In this document: positions 33,637-49,637 of the stretch, one piece after another
Numbering within the stretch: position 1 is the stretch's first letter
Layout of the letters: each line of letters opens with the position of its first letter
Assembly: GCF_028369095.1 (NCBI RefSeq)
Contig: NZ_JAQNDN010000024.1
Coordinates: forward strand, 345,350 to 409,349
DNA: 64,000 nucleotides
Direction of reading: 5' to 3'
DNA from: Nannocystis radixulma
Lineage (GTDB): Bacteria; Myxococcota_A; Polyangia; Nannocystales; Nannocystaceae
Position numbers and translations under genes: made by a program
The notes under the pieces: model-generated
Database searches by the model: none
Seen by the model: only the letters and a program-made list of their open reading frames with translations
Told to the model about the DNA's origin: nothing

Positions 33637-34986
33637 TCATTCGCGGAAGCCGGCGAGGCGGAACGAGTCGACGAAGCGCCGCATCTCGCCCTCGAGTTCG
33701 CGCGCGAGCTCCTTCGGGACGTCGATGCTGACGATGCAGGAGGTTTTGTCGGACAGGCCGACGACGCGGATGAGGCCGTGGGCGGTGTCGGTGGTGAGCC
33801 TGCCCTCGAGGCCGGCGGCGCCCTCGACGGTGATCGGGCGCAGCCCCTCGAGGTGCATCATCGCGGTGATGCTCTTGACGTCGTCGTCGCGGGTGCGGCC
33901 GGCGATCGGCTGGGCGCGGGTGATGCAGCTGGCGAGCCGCGAGATCCGTCCGGCCTGCTTCAGCCCGAGCATGCGGGTCGTCATCGCCACGCCGTCGGTC
34001 GCGGTGTGGCTCTGCTTCTGCGCGTTCGGCTTGAGCGGGAAGGCGGCCGAGAAGCCGGCCTCGGGGAAGGCCCAGCGCGTCCACTCGCCCTCCCGGCCGA
34101 GGTCGACCGGCGCGAGGTCGCCGGCCGCGACGGCGGCGAGCAGGGCCTCCTTCTTGTCGAGGAACTCGCGGTGCTCCTCGGCGAAGGCGTCGACGATCGG
34201 GTGGGCCTCGCGATCGGGGGCGAAGGCGGTGCGCAAGGTGGCGAGGTCGGGGTCGGGGACGGCGGCGGCGGCGAGGCGATCGGCGAGGTCGAGGATCCGG
34301 TCGCGCTCCTCGGGGAGAAACCACGGGGCGACGTCGGCGGCGATCGGGGTGAGGGTGGCTGCGGTGTACGCCGGGTCGATGACGCGAGGCAGGGCGAGCG
34401 CGCTGGCGAGGACGTCGTGGACGCCGCGCGCGAGCTGGAAGCGCACCTCGACGAAGGCCTCGCGGCGGACGTCGTTGGCCCGCAAGGCGGCCTCGTCGAG
34501 CTTCTCGGCGGCGAGGATGGCCTCGAACTGGAGGACGCCGAGCTTGAAGTAGGCGACGGCGACGGCGACGTACTCGCGGCCGTACTCGCCGCGGGTCAGC
34601 GCGCGGGCGCTGTAGATGTGGAGGATGTCGGCGCCGGCCTGGCTGAAGGCGAGCAGCTCGTCGGTGTCGGCGACGCCGCCCGCGGCGGCCTCGATGTCGG
34701 CGAGCCCGGTGAGCCGGGCCATGAGCGCGGCGTCAGGACCGTCGAGCCGCGGGAGCAATTCGGGGCGCTCGCGCTCGAGGCGGACGAGGACGTCGCGGGC
34801 CTTGATGTAGTCGCGGGCGGTCCAGGCGACGTCGGTGCGCGGGAGGTCGTAGGCGCGCTGCAGGTCGCTCGCGGGCCCGGGGGTCTCGACCGGGGGGACG
34901 ACCTCGCGGGCGGGGCGGCAGGCGCCGAGGAGAGGCAGGAGGAGGAGAAGGCCTCGAGCGACGGCGAGAGAGCGCGGGACGAACAT
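33637..34986 (-). CDS. hypothetical lipoprotein
   Basis: MFVPRSLAVARGLLLLLPLLGAC lipobox; 449 aa; ATG at 34986; the upstream ORF extension is an artefact. Confidence 0.6.
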   Translation of the reverse strand: MFVPRSLAVARGLLLLLPLLGACRPAREVVPPVETPGPASDLQRAYDLPRTDVAWTARDYIKARDVLVRLERERPELLPRLDGPDAALMARLTGLADIEAAAGGVADTDELLAFSQAGADILHIYSARALTRGEYGREYVAVAVAYFKLGVLQFEAILAAEKLDEAALRANDVRREAFVEVRFQLARGVHDVLASALALPRVIDPAYTAATLTPIAADVAPWFLPEERDRILDLADRLAAAAVPDPDLATLRTAFAPDREAHPIVDAFAEEHREFLDKKEALLAAVAAGDLAPVDLGREGEWTRWAFPEAGFSAAFPLKPNAQKQSHTATDGVAMTTRMLGLKQAGRISRLASCITRAQPIAGRTRDDDVKSITAMMHLEGLRPITVEGAAGLEGRLTTDTAHGLIRVVGLSDKTSCIVSIDVPKELARELEGEMRRFVDSFRLAGFRE

Positions 34987-35308
34987 CCGCACACGACGAT
35001 ACACCCGGCGGCGCGAGAGGTGCGGGGGCCCGGAAAGGGCTCGCTGCGGGTCCCAGGGGAGCTCTCCCGCTCCGGGGGCGGACGCTGCAGCCTGGGCGTG
35101 CGAGCACGCCGTGGCGAGGCGGTGGTGCGCCGCGGCGACGCACAGGCGCGAGCCGGCGACGCACCTCCTGCAGCGGCTGCGAGCTGGTGGCACGCGGCGC
35201 TCGTCATGGGACGGGCGCGCCGGGAGCAAAAACGGCCGCGCGCGGCGAGGAGGGCTCGTCGCGCGCGGGAGGTTCACGAGGGTCGCGGCGAGGCGCGACG
35301 AATGCGGG

Positions 35309-37171
<1,863 letters not shown>

Positions 37172-37273
37172 AGACGCCGTTTTGGGCGGCGGCGGGAAGT
37201 AAACCCGGCGGCGATGCGCTGGCAAGTCGGGCCGATGTGAGCGGCACGGGCGTTCGCGCTGGTGCCAGGACGG

Positions 37274-37594
37274 TCACAGGAGCGAGTCGGAGACGAAGAC
37301 GGGCCGGCTCGGGCGGCGCGCGGCCAGGAAAGCGGCCTTCCGCCGGTGATCCGCGTCGAGCTGTGCGCGAATCGCGGCCCACAGGTGCGGCTCGCTCCAG
37401 GTCGCGCCGAGACAATCTCGGGGATCGCGCGGCGGCACCGGGGCGGGCAGATCCGGTCCCTCCGGCTCCGGCTCGGGCGGCGTCCGCGGCTCGGGCTCCG
37501 GCCGCGGCGCCACGTCCGGCAGACCGGGGTCGTCCGGAGCGGGGATTTCACGGATCGGAGTGGGTGTGATCCGCAGTCGGCGACGGCGTTGCAT
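37274..37594 (-). CDS. hypothetical small Pro-rich protein
   Basis: ORF only; the C-terminal part DCLGATWSEPHLWAAIRAQL looks protein-like, the N-terminus is PE-rich. Confidence 0.3.
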   Translation of the reverse strand: MQRRRRLRITPTPIREIPAPDDPGLPDVAPRPEPEPRTPPEPEPEGPDLPAPVPPRDPRDCLGATWSEPHLWAAIRAQLDADHRRKAAFLAARRPSRPVFVSDSLL

Positions 37595-38104
37595 GGGTTG
37601 GGATCTGCACTGAACACATAATCAGTGTCCAGCGATCACCCATGCTGCCCTGAACTCTTGATCAGGAGTGGACCAACCAAATCGCGCGGCGCAAAACTGC
37701 GCCGAGCGGCGAATTGGCCGCAATAGCGGCCCGGGGGCCGTTTCACGGCCGGGGCGGAGACGCGCGCAAAGCGGCGGCAAAAGCGGCGAGCGGCAGCGCG
37801 CCGAGCTGGCCTTCAGGACAGGGAGATCGCGTCGCGGGCGAGGCTGGCGCCTGCTTTCGCAGAGCTGGCATTTTCGCGCGGCGAGCGGTCTGCGCTTTCG
37901 AGGCAGGGGCGAAATCGCGCCGGAGCGGGGCGAGCGGGAAAATGAGAGAGGGAGCAAGAACGCGTATAGCGTCCAGACGGCATTCGTCAGCGCCCCGACG
38001 AGCGGCCGGTGGGACGGGCGTGGCTGGAGGTGCTGCCAGGCGTCCCCGGGTCGGGTGGCGGAGGCGGGGCCGCGAAGGCGACCGATGGCCGCTCGTCTGT
38101 CGAG

Positions 38105-38335
38105 GCGGCTGGTCGAAAGGACAGCGGACGCCGGCTCGGCGCGCTCGTCGTCGGGCTGGTCGCAAGGACAGCTGACGCCGGCTCGGCGCGCTCGTCGTCG
38201 AGGCGGCGCTGGTCGCAAGGACAGCCGACAGCGGCGGGCTCGACGTCGAACGGCGCGGAGCACGAGGACAGGTCGTGTCGCTCGGTCGTCGACCCATCGG
38301 GTGGCCGAAAGGACAGACGAGGCCGGTGGGGACAC
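38105..38335. repeat. tandem ~55-bp repeats (3-4 copies) carrying a GGTCGMAAGGACAG core
   Basis: GCTGGTCG(A/C)AAGGACAGC(G/T/C)GACGCCGGCTCGGCGCGCTCGTCGTCG repeated at about 38108, 38162 and 38217, with a degenerate copy at about 38300. It sits in a ~780-bp non-coding gap downstream of rlmE. Confidence 0.7.
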
Positions 38336-38375
38336 GCGGCGGGCGGAGGGCTCGTCCGCGGAGTCGTGTCGCGGC

Positions 38376-38996
38376 TCAGGGCCGGCGAGCGGTGGCGCTG
38401 GCCTTGAGGCCGCGGCCGACGAGGTACTGCTCGGTGCTCGAGGCGCGCGAGTTCTTGGCGTGGTACGGGCGGGCTTCCTGGAAGCTGGCCCGGAAGCGCT
38501 TGAGCAGCTCGCCGAAGCCGCCGCCCTGGAACACCTTGGCGACGAGGTGGCCGCCTGGCCGAAGGACCATGCAGGCGATGTCGAGGGCGCGCTCGGCGAG
38601 GCCCTCGCTGCGGACGACGTCGGTGTGGCGGTCGCCGGTGGTATGCGGGGCCATGTCACTGAGGACGACGTCGAACGGGGCGAGGTCGGGCGCGGGGGCC
38701 CACTCGAACACGTCGGCGATCCGGTGCTCGACGTACGCGGGGAAGCTGAGGACGACGGGCTTGAGGTCGAGGCCGAGGACGTAGCCGGTGTCGGTCACGC
38801 GGTCGCCGGCGTACTGCATCCACGAGCCGGGCCAGCAGCCGAGGTCGAGCACGCGCGCGCCCTGGCGCAGGATGTGGAACCGCTTGTCGATCTCCTCGAG
38901 CTTGTAGACCGCGCGCGCGGCGTAGTTCTCCTGCTTGGCGCGCTGGTAGGCGGCGTCGTGGCGGGTGGCCTTGTCGCTGAGGCGGGGGCGAGGCAT
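38376..38996 (-). CDS. rlmE: 23S rRNA (uridine2552-2'-O)-methyltransferase RlmE/FtsJ
   Basis: VLDLGCWPGSWMQY...VVLSDMAP...K..D FtsJ motifs. Confidence 0.85.
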   Translation of the reverse strand: MPRPRLSDKATRHDAAYQRAKQENYAARAVYKLEEIDKRFHILRQGARVLDLGCWPGSWMQYAGDRVTDTGYVLGLDLKPVVLSFPAYVEHRIADVFEWAPAPDLAPFDVVLSDMAPHTTGDRHTDVVRSEGLAERALDIACMVLRPGGHLVAKVFQGGGFGELLKRFRASFQEARPYHAKNSRASSTEQYLVGRGLKASATARRP

Positions 38997-39069
38997 GACG
39001 GTGTCTTAAGCAGCCGAGCCGGCTCTCGGCCGGCTCGAACTTGGGGACATGTCCCGAAGGACAGGGCCT

Positions 39070-39741
<672 letters not shown>

Positions 39742-39915
39742 TTTTCTCCGAGAGACTCAGGCCCGAAGGGCCGTGAGGTGGTTCCTGGCGGTCGCGGCTT
39801 CCTTCACGTTGGAACGGGCGAAGAGCGAGGCGCCGCAGGGACGGGGAAGGTGCCCGCGATCGCGCCGGGCGTCAACCACAGGGCCGAGGCGGGCCGCCTC
39901 GGCGGCGGATTTGCC

Positions 39916-40737
39916 TCACGGGCTCGCGGCGGCGGCCGGGGCCGGCAGGCGGAAGAAGGCGCGGGCGTTGGTGCCGGCCTGGACGGCCAGGCCGGCCGGA
40001 TCCTCGCCGCGCACGCCGGCGAGGTGCGCGCAGGTGAAGGCGACGTTGGCCGGCTCGTTCTTGCGGCCGCGCACGGGCACGGGGGCGAGGTAGGGCGCGT
40101 CGGTCTCGAGCAGGAGCCGGTCGGCGGGGCACAGGCGGGCCGCGTCGCGCAGGCCGTCGGCCTGAGGAAAGGTGGCGATGCCGGAGAAGGAGAGGAGGTA
40201 GCCGCGCGCGAGCCACTGCTCGGCCTCGGCGGGGGTGCCGGTGAAGCAGTGGACGACGCCGCCGCGCGGCAGCGGTGGGGCGTCGCCGAGGATCGCCAGG
40301 GCGTCGGCGTGGGCGTCGCGGATGTGCAGGACCAGCGGCTTGCCGAGCTCGCGGGCGATCTCGCGGTGAGCGGCCAGGGCGCGTTTTTGCGCGTCGGGCG
40401 GGCTGCGGTTGTAGTGGTAGTCGAGGCCGGTCTCGCCGACGGCGACGACCTTGGCGTCCTGGGCGAGGGCGGCGATCTCGGCGAGCGCGGCGTCGTCGGC
40501 CTCGCTGGCGTCGTGCGGGTGGATGCCGACGGCCGCGAACAGGTGCGGGTACGGGGCGACGAGGGCGACGGCCCGCGGGGCGCTGGCCCGCGAGCAACCG
40601 ATGTGGATCATCTGCTCGACACCGGCGTCGGCGGCCCGCTGAAGGGTGGCGCCGAGGTCGTCGATCATCGGCGGGTAGTCGAGGTGGCAGTGGGTGTCGA
40701 CGAGGCCGGGAAAACGGGGCGGGCGCGACGGGGGCAT
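39916..40737 (-). CDS. tatD: TatD-family metal-dependent hydrolase
   Basis: LVDTHCHLD...GETGLDYHY...LVLHIRDA...VVHCFTG...ETDAPYL. Confidence 0.85.
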   Translation of the reverse strand: MPPSRPPRFPGLVDTHCHLDYPPMIDDLGATLQRAADAGVEQMIHIGCSRASAPRAVALVAPYPHLFAAVGIHPHDASEADDAALAEIAALAQDAKVVAVGETGLDYHYNRSPPDAQKRALAAHREIARELGKPLVLHIRDAHADALAILGDAPPLPRGGVVHCFTGTPAEAEQWLARGYLLSFSGIATFPQADGLRDAARLCPADRLLLETDAPYLAPVPVRGRKNEPANVAFTCAHLAGVRGEDPAGLAVQAGTNARAFFRLPAPAAAASP

Positions 40738-40739
40738 GG

Positions 40740-41402
40740 CTAGGGATTGCGGGCGAAGATCAAGTAGTACTGGTGCGGGAGGAAATCTTCCTCACGCTCG
40801 AGGACGAAGCCGGCCTGGGCGAGCTCGCCGACGATGGCGTCGCGCGAGAGGCGGTACTTCGGATCGGGGGCGAACTTCTCCGGCGGGGTGGCCTCGGGCC
40901 GGAAGTCGACGATGACGAGGCGACCGCCGGGCTTGAGCGCGTTGTGAACCTTCTTGAAGTAGTTCACGCGGGCGCGCAGATAGGCGTAGGTGTTGGCGAC
41001 GAACACGAGGTCGATCGACTTCTCGGGCAGCGCGGGGTCGTCGTAGAAGGCGAGGTGCGGCTGGATGTTGGGCGTGCCCCAGTCCTCGCGGTTGTTCTCG
41101 ATGTACGAGCGGAACTCGTCGTCGATGTCGACGGCGTAGACGGTGCCGGCCGGGACCTCGGCGGCGAGCCGACGCGAGAAGTAGCCGGCGCCGGCGCCGA
41201 TGTCGGCGATCACGGCGTCCTTGCCGGGGATCGGGAGGCTGCGGACGATCCGGTCGGGCATCTCCCACGACTCGCGCTCCTGGCTCTCCATGGCGGCGAT
41301 CGCCGCCTTCGGATCGTCGTAGTCCATGTCGGCGACGACCTCGCGCTTGCGACAGCCCGCGGCGGGCAGCACGAGCGCGGCAGCGAGGAGGAGGCGATAC
41401 AT
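40740..41402 (-). CDS. class I SAM-dependent methyltransferase, lipoprotein
   Basis: MYRLLLAAALVLPAAGC lipobox; DIGAGAGYFS SAM motif; ATG at 41402. Confidence 0.7.
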   Translation of the reverse strand: MYRLLLAAALVLPAAGCRKREVVADMDYDDPKAAIAAMESQERESWEMPDRIVRSLPIPGKDAVIADIGAGAGYFSRRLAAEVPAGTVYAVDIDDEFRSYIENNREDWGTPNIQPHLAFYDDPALPEKSIDLVFVANTYAYLRARVNYFKKVHNALKPGGRLVIVDFRPEATPPEKFAPDPKYRLSRDAIVGELAQAGFVLEREEDFLPHQYYLIFARNP

Positions 41403-41490
41403 GCCCGTCAGCTTACGCGCGAGCCCGGGCTTACGGGAAGGGCCCGATGCGAGTTCGCGCCGGCCGGAGTCGGTTACACTCTCGCCACGA

Positions 41491-42294
41491 ATGGCTGAGT
41501 CTGGAATTGCGAGCGCGGCGCGCGTCCGCCAGGACGCGAAAGGTCGCGAGCTGCTGGCCGACACCGGGGCCCTGTGGAGCGCACTGCCGGTGGAGTGGCC
41601 GCGCGAGGCCGAGGGCGGCTCGGCCGCGGCGCTGCCCGGCTGGGGCTGGCGAGTGCGGCGCTCGCTGGCGGCCCTGCTGGTCCGCCCGCGCCGCAGCTTT
41701 CAATACGTACACGAACCGGTCGACCACGGGGCGGCGCTGCGCTTGCTGCTGACGGTGCGACTGCCGTTGTGGGCGCCGCTGCTGGTGGCGCTGGCGGTGT
41801 TGGGCCCGCCAGCCCCCGCCGGCCAGGGGATCCCGCTGTTCGAGCCGAGCCTGGTCGAGGCGCTGGCGCTGTGGCTGCTGCTCATGGCGCCGGTCGGGGT
41901 GCCGCTGCTCTACGCGGGGCTGGGGATCGCCACCCACGTCGCGCTGACGCTGACCGGCGGGGCGCCGCGCTCGATCGCGGCGACGATGCGGGCGGTCGGC
42001 TACGCGCTGGCGCCGGCGCTGCTCGGGGTGGCGCTGCTCGACGTGCCGCTGTACCTCGGCGCCCTGTCGCTCGAGGTCTACCTCGGCGGGTTGGGAGCGC
42101 TGACGCTGCTGACGTTCGTGGTCGCCGGCAACGCGCTCACGGGGACGCATCAGCTGCCGCCGATCCGCGGCTTCGTGGTCGCGCTGGTGCCGGCGGCGAT
42201 GTTCGCGGCGACGCAGCTGCTGCGCGCCGTGCTGGCCCTCGGCGCGCTGCCGGGCTACACGCCGCCGCCGGGGCTGCCGTACCTGGTGCCGTGA
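41491..42294 (+). CDS. hypothetical polytopic membrane protein (Yip1-like)
   Basis: Multiple hydrophobic helices; start at MAESGIAS inside ORF 41326..42294; the Arg-rich leader is discounted. Confidence 0.5.
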   Translation: MAESGIASAARVRQDAKGRELLADTGALWSALPVEWPREAEGGSAAALPGWGWRVRRSLAALLVRPRRSFQYVHEPVDHGAALRLLLTVRLPLWAPLLVALAVLGPPAPAGQGIPLFEPSLVEALALWLLLMAPVGVPLLYAGLGIATHVALTLTGGAPRSIAATMRAVGYALAPALLGVALLDVPLYLGALSLEVYLGGLGALTLLTFVVAGNALTGTHQLPPIRGFVVALVPAAMFAATQLLRAVLALGALPGYTPPPGLPYLVP

Positions 42295-42306
42295 GGCGTC
42301 CAGGGC

Positions 42307-42386
42307 GGATGTCTTTTCGGGCATGTCGCCCGGGGCATGTCCTTTAAAAAATGTCGCCAGGGACAGGGCCCTGGCGACAGGTGCGA
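42307..42386. repeat. 14-bp phased array, 6 units
   Basis: Core starts at about 42309, 42323, 42337 and 42351, with degenerate copies at about 42365 and 42379; exact phase. Confidence 0.85.
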
Positions 42387-42390
42387 AAGG

Positions 42391-43095
42391 TCAGCCGGCC
42401 TTGGGCGGCTCGGCGGCGCCGGCGGGGACGCCGAGGACCTCCTGGATGGCGGTGTTGAGGCCGGACAGGTCGGCCGGGGCGACGCCGGAGTACTTCACGG
42501 CGTTGCGGCCGTCGGCGAACATGACGGTGCGGCTCTTGGTGATGTTGTACCAGCCGTCGAAGGCGTCGTTCTTGCCGCCCTCGTCGGCCGGGACGACCAG
42601 CGGGATGGCGACGCCGAGCTCGGTGCGCAGGTCCTTGACCTTGGCCTCGAGCGCGGCGCGGTCGCCCGTCGGGGTGGTGGCCTTGCCGTCCTTGATGTCG
42701 GTGATGACGGCGAACGCCTTGATCTTGTCCTCGCCGTACTTCTTGACCAGGGCGTCGAGGTTCTTGATGTCGTCCTTGAAGGCCGGGTCGTCGAGGGTGC
42801 CGACGGCCATGATCTTCGGGCTGCCGCCGAACTTGCAGACCTGGCAGTACTTCTCGCCGCTGTCGCAGTTGACGATCTCGAACGGCTTGAACTTGCCGCC
42901 GACCCCGAGGCCGCTGTCGGCGAGGACGGGCTGCTCGGCGGGCTTGGCCGGGGCCGCCTCCGCTGGCTTGTCGGCCGGCGCAGGTGCAGGCGCTGCTGCC
43001 TTGGCGGCTTCGACGGGGGCGGGCTTGGTGGCCGACTCGCCGCCGCAGGCGGCGAGGATCACGGCGAGGACGAGGCTCGTGCGGTTGGTGAGCAT
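42391..43095 (-). CDS. lipoprotein with Ala/Pro-rich linker and a CxxC motif (CQVC)
   Basis: LAVILAACGG lipobox; PAPA/PAKPAE linker; lower-GC, Lys-rich C-terminal domain. Confidence 0.6.
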   Translation of the reverse strand: MLTNRTSLVLAVILAACGGESATKPAPVEAAKAAAPAPAPADKPAEAAPAKPAEQPVLADSGLGVGGKFKPFEIVNCDSGEKYCQVCKFGGSPKIMAVGTLDDPAFKDDIKNLDALVKKYGEDKIKAFAVITDIKDGKATTPTGDRAALEAKVKDLRTELGVAIPLVVPADEGGKNDAFDGWYNITKSRTVMFADGRNAVKYSGVAPADLSGLNTAIQEVLGVPAGAAEPPKAG

Positions 43096-43424
43096 GGACT
43101 GTTCCTCCGAGTGGCGGCCAGTGTGGCCGGGCGAGCGTCCTGGCGCCAGGGACTTGCAGGCACTTTCAGCGCCAGGCGCCGCGCACGCGCGGGGGCGTCG
43201 GGCCCCGCTTTGCGAGGAAACGCAGCGAGATTCGTGAGTTGCGGCCGGAGGCGGGGTTCACGAGCGCCCAGCGTCGGTGGGGTCCCCGGCGGACGGCGCA
43301 GCCAGTCCTCGGGCGTGACCCTTCGTGGGTGACCGCAGGCACGGCGAGATCCACGGGTCGGCGGGCGCGAGGAGGTGGTTGTTCGGGCATGCTTGAAAGG
43401 ACATGTCTGAATAGACATGACCGA

Positions 43425-44516
43425 TCACGGGCACAGCGGACGCGACGGGGTGGCGCAGGCGAGGCCGGCGACGAGCTCGACGCGGTAGTTGTCGCGGCGG
43501 GCCTCGGCGTCGGCGGCGATCGGGCTGTCGGCGCCGCGCGAGGTGGGCACGAGCATGACGTGGACGAAGCCGCGGTCGACCAGGGTGTCGCGCACCTTTT
43601 CGGCCATCGTCAGGCCGAGCCGGCGGGCCTGGTCGGGCGGGAGGTCGTCGCCGGTGTGGCCCTCGAGCGAGAAGTTGCCGCCGGTGCGGTAGCGCGGGGC
43701 GAGCTGCTTGCGCCGGGCGTCGAGCTCGAGGAAGGCATGCTCGTCGAGCTCGAGGGTGTCGGGGTCGTAGGGGATCCGGACGACGAAGCGGCCGCAACCG
43801 GCGACGAAGGCCTCGGGACAGCCGTCGTCGTCCTCCTCGCCGTCGACGGTCTCGGGCTGGTTGCGGCAGTCGTGGCGGCCCTTGCCGGGCTCGAGCCGGC
43901 CGTCACAGTTGACCCACTCGCTGCCGGTCCAGCGGGCAGCGTCGAGGACGCCGTCGCCGTCGTTGTCGCGATCGGGGCAGCCGTCGTGGTCCTGGTGGCG
44001 ATCGTAATCTTCGGGGAGGTCGGGGCAGGGATCGTCGGGGTCGGCGACGCCGTCGCGGTCGTGATCGGGGGCGTAGGGCGGGCACAGGCCGCGCAGCTGC
44101 AGCCAGCTTCCAGCCAGCGGATCGTCGGGCGGCCCGCCGGGGACGCCGTGGACCACGAGGGTGACGCGATCGGCGGGATGGACCGCGGCGCGGAAGCGGG
44201 CCAGGACGTCGTCGCCGAGGGCCTGCAGGCCGGCGTCGCGTCGCGTGGGATCGGCGAGCTCGCGGGCGGCCGCGGCCATGTGCACGGCCAGCTCGACGCG
44301 CAGCTCGGGGTCGGCGCGCAGGCGATCGATCCAGTCGCCGAGCTCGGAGGCGCCGCTCTCGTCGAGCGCGGGCGCGGCGGGGCCGGCGTCGAGGTACGGG
44401 ATGGTCGCGAGGATCGCGGCGCACTCGGAGACAGGGGGACGGCGGGCCGGCTCGGAGTGCTGGGAAGCGCAGGCCAGGCAGAGAGTCAGCAACCCGAGTC
44501 GCACGGCGCTTCGCAT
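43425..44516 (-). CDS. OmpA-family lipoprotein with thrombospondin type-3 (TSP3) repeats
   Basis: LCLAC lipobox; DHDRDGVADPDDPCPD...DHDGCPDRDNDGDGVLD calcium-binding repeats; C-terminal OmpA-like domain. Confidence 0.75.
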   Translation of the reverse strand: MRSAVRLGLLTLCLACASQHSEPARRPPVSECAAILATIPYLDAGPAAPALDESGASELGDWIDRLRADPELRVELAVHMAAAARELADPTRRDAGLQALGDDVLARFRAAVHPADRVTLVVHGVPGGPPDDPLAGSWLQLRGLCPPYAPDHDRDGVADPDDPCPDLPEDYDRHQDHDGCPDRDNDGDGVLDAARWTGSEWVNCDGRLEPGKGRHDCRNQPETVDGEEDDDGCPEAFVAGCGRFVVRIPYDPDTLELDEHAFLELDARRKQLAPRYRTGGNFSLEGHTGDDLPPDQARRLGLTMAEKVRDTLVDRGFVHVMLVPTSRGADSPIAADAEARRDNYRVELVAGLACATPSRPLCP

Positions 44517-44741
44517 CGGTTCTCGTCTGCAGCATACGTGCGACGGCTCGGGGCGGCGTGGATCTGGTGCGCCAGGGCAGCGAAACGCCCGCGGGCGCGG
44601 GGGCGCCGGTTGTGGCGGGCTGGAGCCGCCTCTCGGGGGACGCGGCGGGTCGGGATTCCGCGCGATCTCGGGGGTCGGCGGACGCGGGGGGCGGCGCCCG
44701 GCGCGTGGGGGACGGCGCTCGCCCCGGGCGCTGCGGCGGTT

Positions 44742-44836
44742 CTCAGGATGTCTGAAAGGACATGTGAGTCGGGCGGGCCTTTGCCCGCGGCGCCGCTGCG
44801 CCGTCAGGATGTCTGAAAGGACATGTGACTCGGGCG
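44742..44836. repeat. two copies of a ~35-bp element CAGGATGTCTGAAAGGACATGTGA(G/C)TCGGGCGGGC, 60 bp apart
   Basis: Perfect duplicate apart from 1 nt; contains the ATGTC-N6-GACAT hairpin. Confidence 0.8.
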
Positions 44837-44862
44837 GGCTCGCGTGTGCGAGGACGAGGGGG

Positions 44863-47907
<3,045 letters not shown>

Positions 47908-48111
47908 CAGCTCCGCAAAGTCCGCCGGGAGCAGCACGACGCCAAGGATACGTGAGTCCAGGCCGGTGGCCGGGCGCGGCCGGCGAGAACGGTGTTGCCG
48001 CCGAGCCAGGCGGGCGCGGACGGCCCGCCGGCCGCCGGGCGGGCCCGCCTCCGAGGGCCAAGCGGGCGGCGAGGAGGCAGGCGGACGTCGGCGCTGGACG
48101 GGGTCCACACC

Positions 48112-48190
48112 GACATGTCATGAACGACATGTCGAGAAAGACATGTTTGTCGAGATATGTCCTCCGGGACATGCCCCGAAGGTCATGGCT
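48112..48190. repeat. 14-bp phased array, 6 units
   Basis: ATGTC/ATGTT/ATGCC at about 48115, 48129, 48143, 48157, 48171 and 48185. Confidence 0.85.
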
Positions 48191-48197
48191 CGGAGGG

Positions 48198-49637
48198 CTA
48201 GGCCGGCGGCGGGGTGACGCTCTTGAGCTGGCCGCCGGTCATGTCGGAGTAGACGTAGTGGTCGCCGGCGACGGGGATGTTCTGCATCGCCCCGACGTTC
48301 ATCGGGTCGATCTTCCACGCCCAGCCGGCCTGGTCGACCAGCCACACGAAGCCGTCGATGTCGACGCTGACGCCGATCGGGGTCGAGCACTGGGCGAGGT
48401 TGTGGAAGGCGACGAGGGTGCGGGTGGCGACGTCGATCTCGACGAGGCCGCACGGGCCGTTGGCGGCGACCCAGGCGTGGTCGTTGTGATCGATGGCCAT
48501 GCCGCGGTGGCAGGCGTTGGTGCCGGCGACCGAGATCCACTGGGCGGTGGGGACGTCGTAGGTGGAGACCGGGCCGGAGCAGCCGGCCATCCACGGGTTG
48601 CCGTTGCGGTCGACGGTCATGCCGTAGGTCTGGATGTTGGACGGCTGGGGGATCCGCGTGATCGAGATCGGGTTCTCGGAGGTGTTGACGCGCGCGAGCT
48701 CGCCGCGCAGGCCGGTGAACCAGGCGTTGCCCTGCGGGTCGAGGGCGCCGCCGTACGGCGCGTAGCCGCTGCCGTTCCAGGCCGTGGCCTCGATCGACTG
48801 CTCGAGCACGCCGGTGGCGCCGTCGAGGCGGACCATGTTGGCCGAGCCGGCCTGCATGGCGCCGAAGCCGAGCCAGACCTTCTGGTTCTTGTAGGTGCAG
48901 GTGGCCTTGTCGTAGTCGCCGATCGTCCACGTGATCCCGCGCGGACCCTCGACGTACTGGCCCGACCAGTTGGCGTGCAGGATGGTCCACACGACGCACT
49001 CGTCGGTGCCCCAGGGCTTGATGTCGGCGACGCCGGTCGAGGTGGTGATCTGGCCGTCGCCGTTGAAGTCGATGCAGTCGGCGATGTTGGCGGCGACGGC
49101 GGTCGAACGCCCGGTGCCGCGGGCGTTGACGACGACGAAGCGACCGTCGCCGGCGACTGCCGTACGCGAGACGCTCTCGGTGGAGCCGCTCGGACCGGTG
49201 AGGTAGCGCGCCTCCTCGACGAGGGTGCGGGTGTTGATCTTGGAGACGAGGCCGTCGCTGGTGGCGGGGATCCAGATGAAGCTCTCGTCGATGTCCATGT
49301 TGCCGGCACAGCTGGTGCCGCCGTCGGGAGTGACGCCGAGGTCGAACTTCGGGCCGCCCTGGGTGGTCATGCTCGTCATCGAGCCGTTGCTGGTGGTCGG
49401 GGGAGAATCGGTCGTGCCCTGGGTGTCGCCACCCGAGGCGGTCCCCTCGGTCGGACCCGTGCCCTGGGTGGCTCCCTCGGTCATCGGGTTGCCCGTGGCG
49501 GTGATGGTGCCGATGGTGATGGTCGCGGTCACAGTGGCCGTGGCAGGCCCGACGCTGGTGTCGGCGCGGTTGTCGTCGCCGCAGGCGACGAGGAGACACA
49601 CGGCCATGCTGGCGACCGATAAACGAGGGGAGACCAT
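48198..49637 (-). CDS. lipoprotein, putative beta-propeller fold
   Basis: LLVACGDD lipobox; Thr/Gly-rich linker; repeated hydrophobic/Gly-rich blades; 479 aa. Confidence 0.6.
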   Translation of the reverse strand: MVSPRLSVASMAVCLLVACGDDNRADTSVGPATATVTATITIGTITATGNPMTEGATQGTGPTEGTASGGDTQGTTDSPPTTSNGSMTSMTTQGGPKFDLGVTPDGGTSCAGNMDIDESFIWIPATSDGLVSKINTRTLVEEARYLTGPSGSTESVSRTAVAGDGRFVVVNARGTGRSTAVAANIADCIDFNGDGQITTSTGVADIKPWGTDECVVWTILHANWSGQYVEGPRGITWTIGDYDKATCTYKNQKVWLGFGAMQAGSANMVRLDGATGVLEQSIEATAWNGSGYAPYGGALDPQGNAWFTGLRGELARVNTSENPISITRIPQPSNIQTYGMTVDRNGNPWMAGCSGPVSTYDVPTAQWISVAGTNACHRGMAIDHNDHAWVAANGPCGLVEIDVATRTLVAFHNLAQCSTPIGVSVDIDGFVWLVDQAGWAWKIDPMNVGAMQNIPVAGDHYVYSDMTGGQLKSVTPPPA

